Source of the DNA: Fibrobacterota bacterium
GTDB lineage: Bacteria > Fibrobacterota > Chitinivibrionia > Chitinivibrionales > Chitinivibrionaceae
Direction: 5' to 3'
NCBI GenBank assembly: GCA_051745065.1
Contig: JBNJDQ010000001.1
Coordinates: forward strand, 4,816 to 68,815
Length of the DNA: 64,000 nt
Shown here: piece after piece, positions 47,621 to 57,955 of the stretch
How the letters are laid out: each line of letters opens with the position of its first letter
Numbering within the stretch: the first letter of the stretch is position 1
Made by a program: the position numbers and the translations under genes
The notes under the pieces: model-generated
The model's database searches: none
What the model was told of the DNA's origin: nothing
The model's input: the letters and a program-made list of their open reading frames with translations, nothing else

Positions 47621-48939
47621 AGACCAAAGCATTCAAGAAAATCTATACAAAGATAGAAAATATTACCAAGGCAACCTGCACAATCCGCGCCACGGGAATC
47701 GGGAATGAGGAGATGGCTTATGTCGGAGGGAAACCGGCACAGGTGGTGAAAATAAAAGGGGACGAAGTAACCCTGCAGATTTTTCCCGGAACCATGGGGA
47801 TCGCCACCAATACAGAAGTTGTCTTCACCGGTCAGGCACCGACTCTGAAGGTCTCGGAGGAACTTCGTGGGCGCTTCTTCAACGCCTACGGTGAACCTAT
47901 TGACGGCGGTTCCACCGTGGAGGGGCGCGAGATTGAGATCGACGGTCCTTCTGTAAATCCTGTGCGCCGTAAACAGCCCTCGGAATACATACCAACGGGC
48001 ATTGCCGGCATTGACCTGAACAACGCCCTTGTTACCGGACAGAAGATTCCCTTCTTTGCCGACCCCAACCAGCCGTACAATGCGGTTATGGCCGACGTCG
48101 CCCTGAAAGCGCAGGCGGATATGATTGTTCTTGGCGGCATGGGGCTCTCCAACGATGACTACCTCTTCTATAAAGCCCGCTTTGATGAAGCCGGTGCCCT
48201 CGACCGAATCGTCAGCTTTGTCAACACCACGGAGGATGCTCCCGTGGAGCGTCTCCTCGTACCGGGGATGGCCCTTTCCACAGCGGAATACTTCGCCGTG
48301 GAAAAAAACATGAAGGTGCTGGTGCTGCTGACCGATATGACTCTCTATGCAGACGCCCTGGCCATTGTCTCCAACCGCATGGACCAGATCCCTTCCAAGG
48401 ACAGTATGCCCGGCTCACTGTACTCCGATCTTGCGCGAAACTACGAAAAGGCCGTACAGTTTCCCGACGGCGGATCCATCACAATTATCGCCGTAACCAC
48501 CCTCAGCGGCGGAGATATTACCCATGCGATCCCCGATAATACGGGCTACATCACGGAAGGGCAGCTCTATCTGCGACGTGATACGGATATCGGTAAGGTT
48601 ATCGTTGACCCCTTCCGCTCACTCTCCCGGCTGAAGCAGCTGGTGATCGGCAAAAAAACCCGCGAGGATCACCCGCAGGTAATGAACACCTGTGTCCGGC
48701 TCTACTCCGATGCGGCCAACGCCAAAACCAAGCAGGAAAACGGCTTTGATCTGACCGATTTTGATGAACGCTGTCTCTCCTTTGCATCGGAATACTCCGA
48801 GAGGCTCCTGGCGATTGATGTAAACATTGACAGTGAGAAGATGCTTGATGTCGGCTGGGAAATCATGGGAAAATACTTCTCCCGTGAAGAAGTCGGTATC
48901 AAACGTGATATTATGGATAAATACTGGAAAGCAGAGTAA
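47617..48939 (+). CDS. atpB: V/A-type ATP synthase subunit B
   Basis: GQKIPFF, SLYSDLA, PDNTGYITEGQ and SLSRLK motifs. Confidence 0.95.
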   Translation: MKTKAFKKIYTKIENITKATCTIRATGIGNEEMAYVGGKPAQVVKIKGDEVTLQIFPGTMGIATNTEVVFTGQAPTLKVSEELRGRFFNAYGEPIDGGSTVEGREIEIDGPSVNPVRRKQPSEYIPTGIAGIDLNNALVTGQKIPFFADPNQPYNAVMADVALKAQADMIVLGGMGLSNDDYLFYKARFDEAGALDRIVSFVNTTEDAPVERLLVPGMALSTAEYFAVEKNMKVLVLLTDMTLYADALAIVSNRMDQIPSKDSMPGSLYSDLARNYEKAVQFPDGGSITIIAVTTLSGGDITHAIPDNTGYITEGQLYLRRDTDIGKVIVDPFRSLSRLKQLVIGKKTREDHPQVMNTCVRLYSDAANAKTKQENGFDLTDFDERCLSFASEYSERLLAIDVNIDSEKMLDVGWEIMGKYFSREEVGIKRDIMDKYWKAE

Positions 48940-48974
48940 ATCCGTATCACTGAACAGACCGGAAAGAGGTTTAT

Positions 48975-49574
48975 GTGGCACTAAAATTTCAGTATAATAA
49001 AACGGAGATGCAGCGTCTTGAAAAAGAGCTGAAGATTCGGGTGCGCGCTCTGCCGACACTGAAAGCCAAGGAGACAGCCCTGCGCCTGGAAGTTAAACAG
49101 GCAAAGCAGGAACTTCGCGAGGCTCAGAAAGTGTACGATGAGCATTACGCCAGCATGCTTCAATTCGAAGCTCTCTGGGGTGAATTTCCCGAAGATATCT
49201 TCCGCGTTGACGATGTTTCCCTCGACTTCAGGAAAATTGCCGGTGTACGGATTCCCGTGGTCGAGAACATCTCCTTCAAAATAATGCGTGAAGGGGTTTT
49301 TACCCTCCCTGCGTGGATCGGCTCGGGGATCCGGATTCTAAAGGATGCTGCCCGTCTGGACATAGAAATAGAAGTGGCGAAGCAGAAACTGAAGATTCTT
49401 GAATATGCCCGCAAGAAAACAACGCAGAAAGTGAATCTCTATGAAAAAGTACAGATACCTGAATATCAGGGTGCTCTGAACAAGATCAAGCGATTCCTGG
49501 AAGACAAGGAAAATATTGCCAAGGCGGCGCAGAAGATAACCAAGAAGAAACTTGCAGCGGCGGAGGCATCATGA
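48975..49574 (+). CDS. atpD: V/A-type ATP synthase subunit D
   Basis: ALPTLKAKE and RKTTQKVNLYEKVQIP motifs. Confidence 0.92.
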   Translation: MALKFQYNKTEMQRLEKELKIRVRALPTLKAKETALRLEVKQAKQELREAQKVYDEHYASMLQFEALWGEFPEDIFRVDDVSLDFRKIAGVRIPVVENISFKIMREGVFTLPAWIGSGIRILKDAARLDIEIEVAKQKLKILEYARKKTTQKVNLYEKVQIPEYQGALNKIKRFLEDKENIAKAAQKITKKKLAAAEAS

Positions 49575-51460
49575 AAGAACAGATGAAAAAAATTGAGCTC
49601 CTTCTCTTCCATCGCGAGGGAGAGCAATTTCTGAAAGATCTTCGCCGTGCCGGCGTAGTCCATATTGATACGGACAAAGCCGATCTCAGCCAGCGCGGTG
49701 AGTCTCTGCGTTCCGAGCTGATCCGCGTTGACCGGATTCTGCGGGATCTGGGGCGCCTCAAGATTGAGGAAAAAACGGGTTCGACCCAGGACGATGCGGC
49801 AAAACTTATTGATGAAACCGAAGAGATTAACCGGCAGTATGAAAGCTGCAGTACAGAGATCGCCACTCTGCAGAAGGATGCCCTTCAGCTCAAACACTGG
49901 GGAGATTTCGACCCCGCGCTTCTCGATCAGCTTGAAGAACGTTCTGTCTACACCTTCTTTTTTGATGTCCCCGCAAAGGATATGGACAGTCTGGACGGTC
50001 AGACCTATGCGGTTATCCAGGACATGGGGGCGTCAAAATACGTAGTGGTCTTTTCCCGTAAGGAAACGATCAATCTGCCCTATCTGGAGCCCCTTGCCGT
50101 CCCCCGCCTCTCCCTGAAAGAGGTAAAGGCAAAAATTGAGGATCTCGCCCAAAAACGGCAAAAGCTTATGGCCCGCAAAAAGGAAATTGCTGCCCGGGCA
50201 CAGATCATTCGTGCCTACGGCACCGGCCTGGAAAATGACCTGCGCTATGAGCAAACCCAGTCCTCCATGCAGGGGCTCACAGCCGGGCGGATACTGCATC
50301 TGACCGGATGGATTCCCCACTCGGCGTTGCCCACGGTGGAAAGCCTTCTGGAAAACTATTCCTGCTGGTACGAAACGGCGGATCCCCAACGCGAAGACCG
50401 GGTCCCGGTAAAGATGAAAAACCCCGGCGGATTCAAACTGTTCGAACCCATTACGAAGATCTTTGATCTTCCGGATTACTTCGAACTTGATCCGACTCCA
50501 TTTTTTGCCCCCTTCTATGCCCTGTTCTTCGGGCTCTGCCTCGGTGATATCGGCTACGGAGCAGTGCTGCTGGTACTGTCCCTGGCAGCCGGTGCTAAAA
50601 TGAAAAAGTCTCTGAAGCCGATATTCAACCTCGGTGCTGTTCTCGGGCTGATGACAATGCTCAGCGGCGTTCTGCTGAACACGTTCTTCGGTGCGCCCCT
50701 TTTTCCCGGCGGCCAGGAACAGGCTCTGCTCAGTTCCGGCGGCGGATTTGCTCTTCTGCAGAACACCGTTGTTGACGGGAAAACCGTGTATCCCGCCATG
50801 GCCTTTTCGGTCTACCTTGGTATCATTCAGATAATTCTGGGGATGCTCCTGAAGTCATGGAACAGATATCACGCGGGCGGCCCGCTCCATGCCGTATTCC
50901 CTTTCGGCACGATTGCTCTGACAGCCGCTACGGTTCTTGCTCTGATCAAGATCAACTTTCTCGATATGGCGACCTTCTTTCAGGTTGTCTCGGGCGGTGA
51001 TATTTCCGCAGCTGCTGTGATGTCAGCCCTGTCGTGGACGACGGTTCAGGTTATGGGTGGCATTGGTCTGGCGCTTCTTTTTCTGTTTAATAATCCGGAC
51101 AAAAACGTGGGTATTCGCCTGCCCCTGGGCCTGTGGGAACTCTATCAATTTGTTACAGGCATTATGGGGGACGGCCTCTCCTATATTCGTCTCTTTGCTC
51201 TCGGCCTTGCGGGGGGACTTCTGGGAAATGCCTTTAATCAGATTGCCTTTATGGTTTCCGGTGATGATAAACCGGCAATCCTTTTTGCCGCAACCATTCT
51301 GATCCTGATTCTGGGGCATACAATTAACTTTATCCTTGCAGGACTGGGCGCCTTTGTTCATCCCCTGCGACTGACCTTTGTAGAATTTTACAACAATCTT
51401 GAATTCAAGGGCGGAGCAATCCCCTTTTCACCTTTTAAGAAATTAGAAAACCCAAAATAA
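49571..51460 (+). CDS. atpI: V/A-type ATP synthase subunit I
   Basis: ELDPT...GLCLGDIGYG, LSYIRLFALGLAG and HPLRLTFVEF motifs. Confidence 0.93.
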   Translation: MKEQMKKIELLLFHREGEQFLKDLRRAGVVHIDTDKADLSQRGESLRSELIRVDRILRDLGRLKIEEKTGSTQDDAAKLIDETEEINRQYESCSTEIATLQKDALQLKHWGDFDPALLDQLEERSVYTFFFDVPAKDMDSLDGQTYAVIQDMGASKYVVVFSRKETINLPYLEPLAVPRLSLKEVKAKIEDLAQKRQKLMARKKEIAARAQIIRAYGTGLENDLRYEQTQSSMQGLTAGRILHLTGWIPHSALPTVESLLENYSCWYETADPQREDRVPVKMKNPGGFKLFEPITKIFDLPDYFELDPTPFFAPFYALFFGLCLGDIGYGAVLLVLSLAAGAKMKKSLKPIFNLGAVLGLMTMLSGVLLNTFFGAPLFPGGQEQALLSSGGGFALLQNTVVDGKTVYPAMAFSVYLGIIQIILGMLLKSWNRYHAGGPLHAVFPFGTIALTAATVLALIKINFLDMATFFQVVSGGDISAAAVMSALSWTTVQVMGGIGLALLFLFNNPDKNVGIRLPLGLWELYQFVTGIMGDGLSYIRLFALGLAGGLLGNAFNQIAFMVSGDDKPAILFAATILILILGHTINFILAGLGAFVHPLRLTFVEFYNNLEFKGGAIPFSPFKKLENPK

Positions 51461-51472
51461 CCTGGAGGAAAA

Positions 51473-51931
51473 ATGGATATTGGAACAATTCTGGCACTTA
51501 CTGGTATCGGCCTTATGATCGGACTTTCCGGCGCCGGCTCGGCAATCGGGACGGCAATCGGCGGTTCATCAGTTATCGGAATGCTGAAAAAGAAACCCGA
51601 AGCATTCGGTAACGGCATGGTTCTGGCTGCACTTCCCGCAACGCAGGGGCTGTACGGTTTTGTCGGATTTATCATGTACAATGGAAAACTGGGCGGTATG
51701 AACGGAGAAATCACATCCTTTGAGGGTGGTATTGTTCTTGCGGCCGGTATTGCCATCGGCATTGCGTCTTTAGTCTCTGCAATCCAGCAGGGTAAAGTGT
51801 GTGCAAACGGTATCTCCGCCATCGGCAGTGACCACGATGTCTTCGGGAACACTCTTATTCTTGCAGCCTTCCCGGAGTTCTATGCAATTCTTGCCCTTGT
51901 TGCGGCAATTCTGATGCAGAATCTTATTTGA
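51473..51931 (+). CDS. atpK: V/A-type ATP synthase subunit K (4-TM proteolipid)
   Basis: LPATQGLYGF, AIQQG and FPEFYAIL motifs. Confidence 0.93.
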   Translation: MDIGTILALTGIGLMIGLSGAGSAIGTAIGGSSVIGMLKKKPEAFGNGMVLAALPATQGLYGFVGFIMYNGKLGGMNGEITSFEGGIVLAAGIAIGIASLVSAIQQGKVCANGISAIGSDHDVFGNTLILAAFPEFYAILALVAAILMQNLI

Positions 51932-51971
51932 TAAATTTCTGCGGGAAACAGGTGCAGTACGGAAAAACTGC

Positions 51972-52001
51972 AAAAAAAGAGTTCTCCGGAACTCTTTTTT
52001 T
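51972..52001 (+). terminator. Intrinsic (bidirectional-type) terminator after the ATPase operon
   Basis: AAAAAAAGAGTTC-TCCG-GAACTCTTTTTTT. Confidence 0.85.
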
Positions 52002-52024
52002 ATTGCCTCTGAACCGTGGATATC

Positions 52025-52060
52025 ATAGAATTATCTTTTTATATAGAATTATCTTTTTAT
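52025..52060. repeat. Perfect 18-bp tandem duplication (ATAGAATTATCTTTTTAT x2)
   Basis: Units at 52025-52042 and 52043-52060, directly upstream of the GGAGG RBS of cheX. Confidence 0.9.
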
Positions 52061-52067
52061 TCGGAGG

Positions 52068-52559
52068 ATGACCATGACCCAGATCGGTGAAAAGCTGAAC
52101 GAATTGACAGATACAATCAAAAACACTGCCGCGGAATCCGTGGAATCACTTCTTATGGACGATGTCGCCGCAGTGGGTGAATGGAAGCATACTGCAGGCA
52201 CGCTTTTGAAAAGCGACCACATTCTTTCTGTTTCAAGCTCTAATCACGCATATCAGGCAGTAATACTCTTTGGAATCTCCAACGATGCCGCTTCGGAGTA
52301 TGCCGAAGACAAAGATGAGATTCAGGATCTTTTCGGCGAAGTTGCAAACACCTTCTTCGGCCTTATCGCGGACAACACTGCATTCTCCGAATACTTTGGA
52401 TTCCTTGAACAGTCCATCCCCATTTATTCGGTCGAAGAAAGTGCCTGCCACAAGGTTGACTCCCTCGTGGGGGAACTGGAAATAGAAGGCGGCAGCAGAA
52501 TGAAAGTTGTCTTTGCCGCCCGTAAAAGCAGAGAAGCAAAAAAGGATGAGAAACAGTGA
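52068..52559 (+). CDS. cheX: CheX-like phosphatase (second paralog)
   Basis: FGEVAN E-x-x-N motif and LEQSIP; similar to the protein at 20744-21220. Confidence 0.7.
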   Translation: MTMTQIGEKLNELTDTIKNTAAESVESLLMDDVAAVGEWKHTAGTLLKSDHILSVSSSNHAYQAVILFGISNDAASEYAEDKDEIQDLFGEVANTFFGLIADNTAFSEYFGFLEQSIPIYSVEESACHKVDSLVGELEIEGGSRMKVVFAARKSREAKKDEKQ

Positions 52560-53188
52560 TTGAAACGAACACTCTTACAGATTATTTTACCTCTCTTTAC
52601 GGTGAGGAAAACTACGGGAAAATCCGCAACACTCATATCGGTATCGGCGGAGCCGGCGGACTGGGGTCAAATTGCGCATTTAACCTTGTCCGGGCGGGAT
52701 TTCGCAAATTCACCCTATATGATTTTGATTTTGTGGAACTGTCCAATCTTAACCGGCAGTTTTATTTTGCTGATCAGATTGGACTTCCAAAAGTGAATGC
52801 CCTCATAACAAATCTGAAACGAATTACCCCGGATCTCTCCATTAGGGCAGAACAGTTGCGCCTGACACCGCAGAACATTTCTGAGAAATTCGCCGACGCC
52901 TCGGTTCTTGTGGAAGCCTTTGATACGGTTGACGCCAAGCGTATGATGGCCGAAGAGTTTATGCAGAAAACGCCCCTTCTTGTTTCTGCATCGGGCCTTG
53001 CCGGCTGGGGACATCTGGAAGATATTACGATTCGCCGGGTAAATGACAGTTTCATCCTCATCGGAGACGGCACACGGGGTGCCAGCGCAGAAAGACCGCC
53101 GATTTCACCGCGGGTAAACGCCGTTGCAGCCATGCAGGCTGACATCATACTTGAACACGTTCTGCAACAAACCGAAACCAATTACTAA
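52556..53188 (+). CDS. thiF: ThiF-family sulfur-carrier adenylyltransferase
   Basis: IGGAGGLGSN, DFDFVELSNLNRQ, VEAFD and SPRV...AAMQA motifs of short ThiF proteins. Confidence 0.8.
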   Translation: MIETNTLTDYFTSLYGEENYGKIRNTHIGIGGAGGLGSNCAFNLVRAGFRKFTLYDFDFVELSNLNRQFYFADQIGLPKVNALITNLKRITPDLSIRAEQLRLTPQNISEKFADASVLVEAFDTVDAKRMMAEEFMQKTPLLVSASGLAGWGHLEDITIRRVNDSFILIGDGTRGASAERPPISPRVNAVAAMQADIILEHVLQQTETNY

Positions 53189-53197
53189 GGAGCAGAA

Positions 53198-54754
53198 ATG
53201 TTCGATGCCGATACGCCGACCCATTCCGCTGCGGATACCTCTGAATTGTATCGCGCTGTGGTTCACCTCTTTCCCCGGGCGCAGGATGTTCTTGCCCCGC
53301 ATTCTGCTTCAGTTAAAGAGATTACCGCCTTTCTCCTGAATGCATCCCGGGATGAAGATGATTCCCTCAGGTCAGTACATCAAATCTCCCGGGCCATGAA
53401 TGCATCTGCGGCATCCCTGACGCAGGAAAGCCGAACCGTACGTGACAATACCCGGCAGATTCGCGGGGAAACCGCGGTAATCGATGAAAAAACCCTGGAA
53501 ATGACATCGAACATGAACACCGTCTCCTCGGCGACGGAGGAACTCAGTATAAACATGGGAACCATCTCAGATACTGCAGCGCATTCGGAAGAAATGATTC
53601 GCAGCCTGACAGACAGTGCGGGCTCGGTAACCCGGGAATCCCGCCGGATTTCTGAGATCACCTCCTCTGCTGCAGACACCACCCGTGAAACAGAAGAAAA
53701 AACCCAGAGCAGTACAGCGCTTATGCACAGTCTGGAAGAAGCTGCCGGTGCCATCGGCGATGTAACCACCACCATTGCGGATATCTCGGATCAGACAAAA
53801 CTCCTTGCCCTCAATGCCACCATCGAGGCTGCCCGCGCCGGTGAAGCGGGACGGGGATTTGCCGTGGTTGCACGGGAGGTAAAGGAGCTTGCCCAGCAAA
53901 CAAACAATGCCACCCGGGATATTAACACCCGCATTGAACATATACAGGATGTGACACAATCCGCCGGCGCGGTAATGCGGGAGATCGGCACATTCATCGA
54001 CACTCTGAGTACGCAGATGGAGCAGATCACAAACTCAACACAAACACAGTCACGGGAAATGGAGACCCTCCTATCCTCGATAAATGAAAACCGCACGCGC
54101 ATCGGCGAAATGGCGGAAAATGTCGAGCAGGGCGCCCGGGCAATTCAGGATGTCAACATCAGCATGAACGAAACCTATGCCCTTTCAGAAACAATCCGCA
54201 CGATGATTTCCGACGTACATACCCATACGGACAGCCTGGAAAACCGCTCGCTGAAGAACTATGCCCTGGCCCTGGAAACGGAAAGTCAGAATATCACGGT
54301 TCTGCAGCTGTTGGAGCAGAACTCCCGCCATACCTCTTCAAAGCAGGCGAAGCCCCGGCTTGCCCATTTCACCCGGGTCTTTGATGTGGGGCTTACACTC
54401 TTCAACGACGAACACCGGAAAATCTTCACGTATATCAATACCCTGCATGAAATGATAAAAGAGCGCAAACCGCCAGAGGATCTGCTCAAGACTCTTCACG
54501 ATTTTGCAGCCTTCACAACACAGCATTTTGCCGATGAAGAGGAGCTGATGAAGGAGAAAGAGTACCCCCGCCTCCATGAGCACCGTCGCATTCATGAACA
54601 TCTTCTCAGCACAGTGAAAGAAAATATCACAGCCATTGAAGAGGGCGGTCAGGCGGATCTGTTTGATCTTCTGACATTTTTAAGGGATTGGCTGTATACG
54701 CATATCCTGAAAGAGGATATGAAATACAAATCATTCTTTTCGGGTGAGAAGTAA
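53198..54754 (+). CDS. Soluble methyl-accepting chemotaxis protein with C-terminal hemerythrin
   Basis: No TM helix; MCP hairpin [27 protein letters not shown]; hemerythrin ligands EH, HF-x2-EE, HEH-x3-H, HI-x2-ED. Confidence 0.9.
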   Translation: MFDADTPTHSAADTSELYRAVVHLFPRAQDVLAPHSASVKEITAFLLNASRDEDDSLRSVHQISRAMNASAASLTQESRTVRDNTRQIRGETAVIDEKTLEMTSNMNTVSSATEELSINMGTISDTAAHSEEMIRSLTDSAGSVTRESRRISEITSSAADTTRETEEKTQSSTALMHSLEEAAGAIGDVTTTIADISDQTKLLALNATIEAARAGEAGRGFAVVAREVKELAQQTNNATRDINTRIEHIQDVTQSAGAVMREIGTFIDTLSTQMEQITNSTQTQSREMETLLSSINENRTRIGEMAENVEQGARAIQDVNISMNETYALSETIRTMISDVHTHTDSLENRSLKNYALALETESQNITVLQLLEQNSRHTSSKQAKPRLAHFTRVFDVGLTLFNDEHRKIFTYINTLHEMIKERKPPEDLLKTLHDFAAFTTQHFADEEELMKEKEYPRLHEHRRIHEHLLSTVKENITAIEEGGQADLFDLLTFLRDWLYTHILKEDMKYKSFFSGEK

Positions 54755-54767
54755 CGTGGGCGGCGCA

Positions 54768-57700
54768 ATGTCAGAGCAGGATCAGGAGGTATTTCAGCTG
54801 TTTCTTGAAGAGTCCGCGGAATATCTTGAAGATATCGAGTCTCTTCTTCTGGAAGCCGAAGAGGGCAATCGGGATGAAGATACGGTAAACACTCTTTTTC
54901 GCGCAGTCCACACCATTAAAGGCGGTGCGGGCTTTTTTAATCTGGACGCCGTCAACAGCCTTGCCCATGCGATGGAGGATATGCTCGGCCAGGTACGGGA
55001 TAAAACAATCCCCTTTGACGACAGAATTATCACAACCCTCATTGCAGGGCGCGATCTTCTGGCAGAGATGATCTCTGCCCCGGATGAAGCCGACACAATC
55101 CCCTCTGCTGCAGTTCTTGAGGAAATTCAAAAGATAATGGATAATCCTGCAGAAAGCGATCACGGCGGTACGCCCCCTGCGACGGGGGCCGGTGCAGACT
55201 ATCTCACTCTTGTTGACAGAGACGGCAGGGAGTTGCTGTATGCGGCCAAAAAAGCGCTGAAAGATTCCCAGGAAAAATCTCCCGGCGGTCCGAATGTTTA
55301 TCTCCTCTGCATTGATCTGCAACGGGATATCGAACAAAAACACCTGAAAATCATGGAAGTAATCAAAGAGCTGGAAAGTCTTCTTGATATTATCGAGAGC
55401 CGGTTAATCTATGACCCGGCGGATCTGGGGCACGCTCCGGCGGAAAAGGATATGAATCTGCAGCTCTACATCCTCTGCAGTACGGTCATGGATCTTGATC
55501 TCATGCAGGAATTTACCGGGCTGCCGGGAAAAAACATCGTTACCGTTCTTTCCCACACCATCAGGGATAGAGCAAAAATCCCCGACACAATGGAAACAGA
55601 TTTTACCGGCGAACCGGCCACGCCGGAGAAATCCGCTCTTTCACGGCACGCGGAATCGGCCGCAGAAACATCGGCCGCTGAAAAAAAGCCCTCGGCAAAG
55701 GCAGGCAGGCAGGATCCCCTCAGGGATAAACAACATGCCTCCCCGTCATCATTGACCGGGACGAAGGATCGCTCCATCAGGATCGGCCTGAAAAGCATTG
55801 ATCGTTTGATGAACCTGGCTGCGGAACTTGTTCTTACACGCAATGAATTTCTGACCCGTATCGGAGGCGAAACCTCCACTCAGCTTGCCGCTACAGCCCA
55901 CCGCCTCGACGAGATTACCGGTGAGATTCAGGATGCCGTCATGCAGACCCGTATGCAGAGTGTGGGCATTGTCCTGAAAAAGTTCAAACGTGTTGTCCGG
56001 GATCTTTCGGCAAAGCTGGACAAAGAGATTGATCTCACCATCACCGGAACCGAAGTCGAGCTGGACAGAACCATAATCGAAGCCATTGGTGACCCTCTGA
56101 CTCATCTGGTGCGCAACTCCGTGGATCACGGTATCGAAATGCCCGACGTGCGGCAAAGGGCCGGAAAGGAAGTTACCGGGAAAATCACCCTTGCCGCCGT
56201 GCAGGAAACAGACAACGTGCGCATTGAGATTCGCGATGACGGTGCCGGCATGGATACGGAAAAAATCGGTACCTCTGCGGTCAAAAAAGGCATCTGCACA
56301 GCACAGGAGCTGGCACAAATGTCGGCGGATGAAATCCGCGAGCTCATCTTCAGCCCGGGCTTTTCCACGGCGGAGGAAATCTCGGATCTCTCCGGCCGCG
56401 GTGTAGGTATGGATGTGGTAAAGCAGAGCATTGCCAAAGTGGGCGGCATCATACGTATCTCCTCGGAAGTGGGGCGGGGAACCACCACGTCAATCAAACT
56501 GCCCCTGACCCTTGCCATCATCCCCGGGCTGCTGGTCCGCCTGGGCACCAGCCGGTTTGCAATTCCCCAAAACAATGTTATCAAACTGCTGCGGATTCCC
56601 GCTGACAGAATTCAGCACGAGGTCTACCGGGTTGGTGATTCTGCATCAATCCGCTTTAAGGATCAGCTGATTCCCGTCGTGTCCCTGGGCAGAATTCTGG
56701 AAATCCCTTCACAGCGAATCGATGCAGAAGGCACCGTACGTCCGGACCGTCGAAGCCGTATTGCCGACCGCCGTTCTCCCCATATCTCCCGGGCCGTTGC
56801 AGAGGACCTCCCCGCCGCAGCAGAGGAGAATCGCCGCAGCAGGGAACGGCGCCGCGCCGGAGAAAGCCACATGCGTATTGCCGTCGTCCAATCGGAGGAA
56901 AGTATCTTCGGGCTTATCGTGGACGCCCTGGATGACTCCGAGGAAATTGTGGTAAAACATCTCGGGGCCCATCTGAAGAATGCCCCCTACTATGCCGGAG
57001 CAACGATCCTCGGAGACGGCTGCATCGCCCTGATAACGGATATTGATGCAATCCGTCAACACCCTCTTGTGCGGGGAACCAGCCGTGACATTTCCCGGAC
57101 AGTACGAAAAAAGCAGGACAGTGATGAAACCGGACCGGACCGCCACGATCTTTTAACCTTTTCCAATGAGGGAGACCCGACACATTACGCGGTCCCCATG
57201 GATATTGTCCGCCGGATCATTCGAATATCCCCGCAGGAGGTTGAACGGGTCGGCACGGTGGATCTGATCCGCTCCCTCGGTGAAACAATCCCCCTCGTCC
57301 GCCTCAGCGAGGCCCTGGGGACTCCACCCATTCCGCGGGGTACAAAACAGCTTTACTGTATTATTTTCAATACGGAAAAACGGCCCGCCGCCCTTGCTGT
57401 CACCCATATCGATGATATCCGGTCCATAACCGAAAATATCGATACGGATACGTACCGTGCACCGGGAATCATCGGCACCACCATGATTGATGACCATCTG
57501 ACAGCCATGGTGGATCTCTATGAAGTACTTGTGCAGAACCGTCCGGATCTTGCTCCGCCGGATACCGCACGGCAGGGAGCAGAGAAACAGACCGTCCTGG
57601 TGGTTGACGACTCCCCCTTCTTTCGCAAACAGATGGGCTCCATTGTTACGGATACGGGGTATACATTGATAACCGCCGGGGACGGCGAGGAAGCTCTGGA

Positions 57701-57947
57701 AGTACTTGAAAAAGAACAGGTTGATCTTGTTCTTACCGATATTGAGATGCCCCGCATGAACGGCCTTGAACTCACCCGCAAAATCCGACAGGGGCCGAAA
57801 GCGCATATTCCCGTTGTGGCCTGCACAACCCTTTCCAAAGCCGAGGACCGCAGCAAAGGCTACGATGCCGGAGTAAATGAATATCTGATAAAGATCGACC
57901 GCACACAGGTTGTTCAGAGTTGTACCAAATACCTACACGGAAAATGA
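54768..57947 (+). CDS. cheA: Chemotaxis histidine kinase CheA with two CheW domains and a C-terminal receiver
   Basis: FRAVHTIKGG (P1), HLVRNSVDHGIE, GFSTA, GRGVGMDVV, two CheW-like segments, and REC (VVDDS, LTDIEMP, YLIK). Confidence 0.93.
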   Translation: MSEQDQEVFQLFLEESAEYLEDIESLLLEAEEGNRDEDTVNTLFRAVHTIKGGAGFFNLDAVNSLAHAMEDMLGQVRDKTIPFDDRIITTLIAGRDLLAEMISAPDEADTIPSAAVLEEIQKIMDNPAESDHGGTPPATGAGADYLTLVDRDGRELLYAAKKALKDSQEKSPGGPNVYLLCIDLQRDIEQKHLKIMEVIKELESLLDIIESRLIYDPADLGHAPAEKDMNLQLYILCSTVMDLDLMQEFTGLPGKNIVTVLSHTIRDRAKIPDTMETDFTGEPATPEKSALSRHAESAAETSAAEKKPSAKAGRQDPLRDKQHASPSSLTGTKDRSIRIGLKSIDRLMNLAAELVLTRNEFLTRIGGETSTQLAATAHRLDEITGEIQDAVMQTRMQSVGIVLKKFKRVVRDLSAKLDKEIDLTITGTEVELDRTIIEAIGDPLTHLVRNSVDHGIEMPDVRQRAGKEVTGKITLAAVQETDNVRIEIRDDGAGMDTEKIGTSAVKKGICTAQELAQMSADEIRELIFSPGFSTAEEISDLSGRGVGMDVVKQSIAKVGGIIRISSEVGRGTTTSIKLPLTLAIIPGLLVRLGTSRFAIPQNNVIKLLRIPADRIQHEVYRVGDSASIRFKDQLIPVVSLGRILEIPSQRIDAEGTVRPDRRSRIADRRSPHISRAVAEDLPAAAEENRRSRERRRAGESHMRIAVVQSEESIFGLIVDALDDSEEIVVKHLGAHLKNAPYYAGATILGDGCIALITDIDAIRQHPLVRGTSRDISRTVRKKQDSDETGPDRHDLLTFSNEGDPTHYAVPMDIVRRIIRISPQEVERVGTVDLIRSLGETIPLVRLSEALGTPPIPRGTKQLYCIIFNTEKRPAALAVTHIDDIRSITENIDTDTYRAPGIIGTTMIDDHLTAMVDLYEVLVQNRPDLAPPDTARQGAEKQTVLVVDDSPFFRKQMGSIVTDTGYTLITAGDGEEALEVLEKEQVDLVLTDIEMPRMNGLELTRKIRQGPKAHIPVVACTTLSKAEDRSKGYDAGVNEYLIKIDRTQVVQSCTKYLHGK

Positions 57948-57955
57948 GGTGAACC

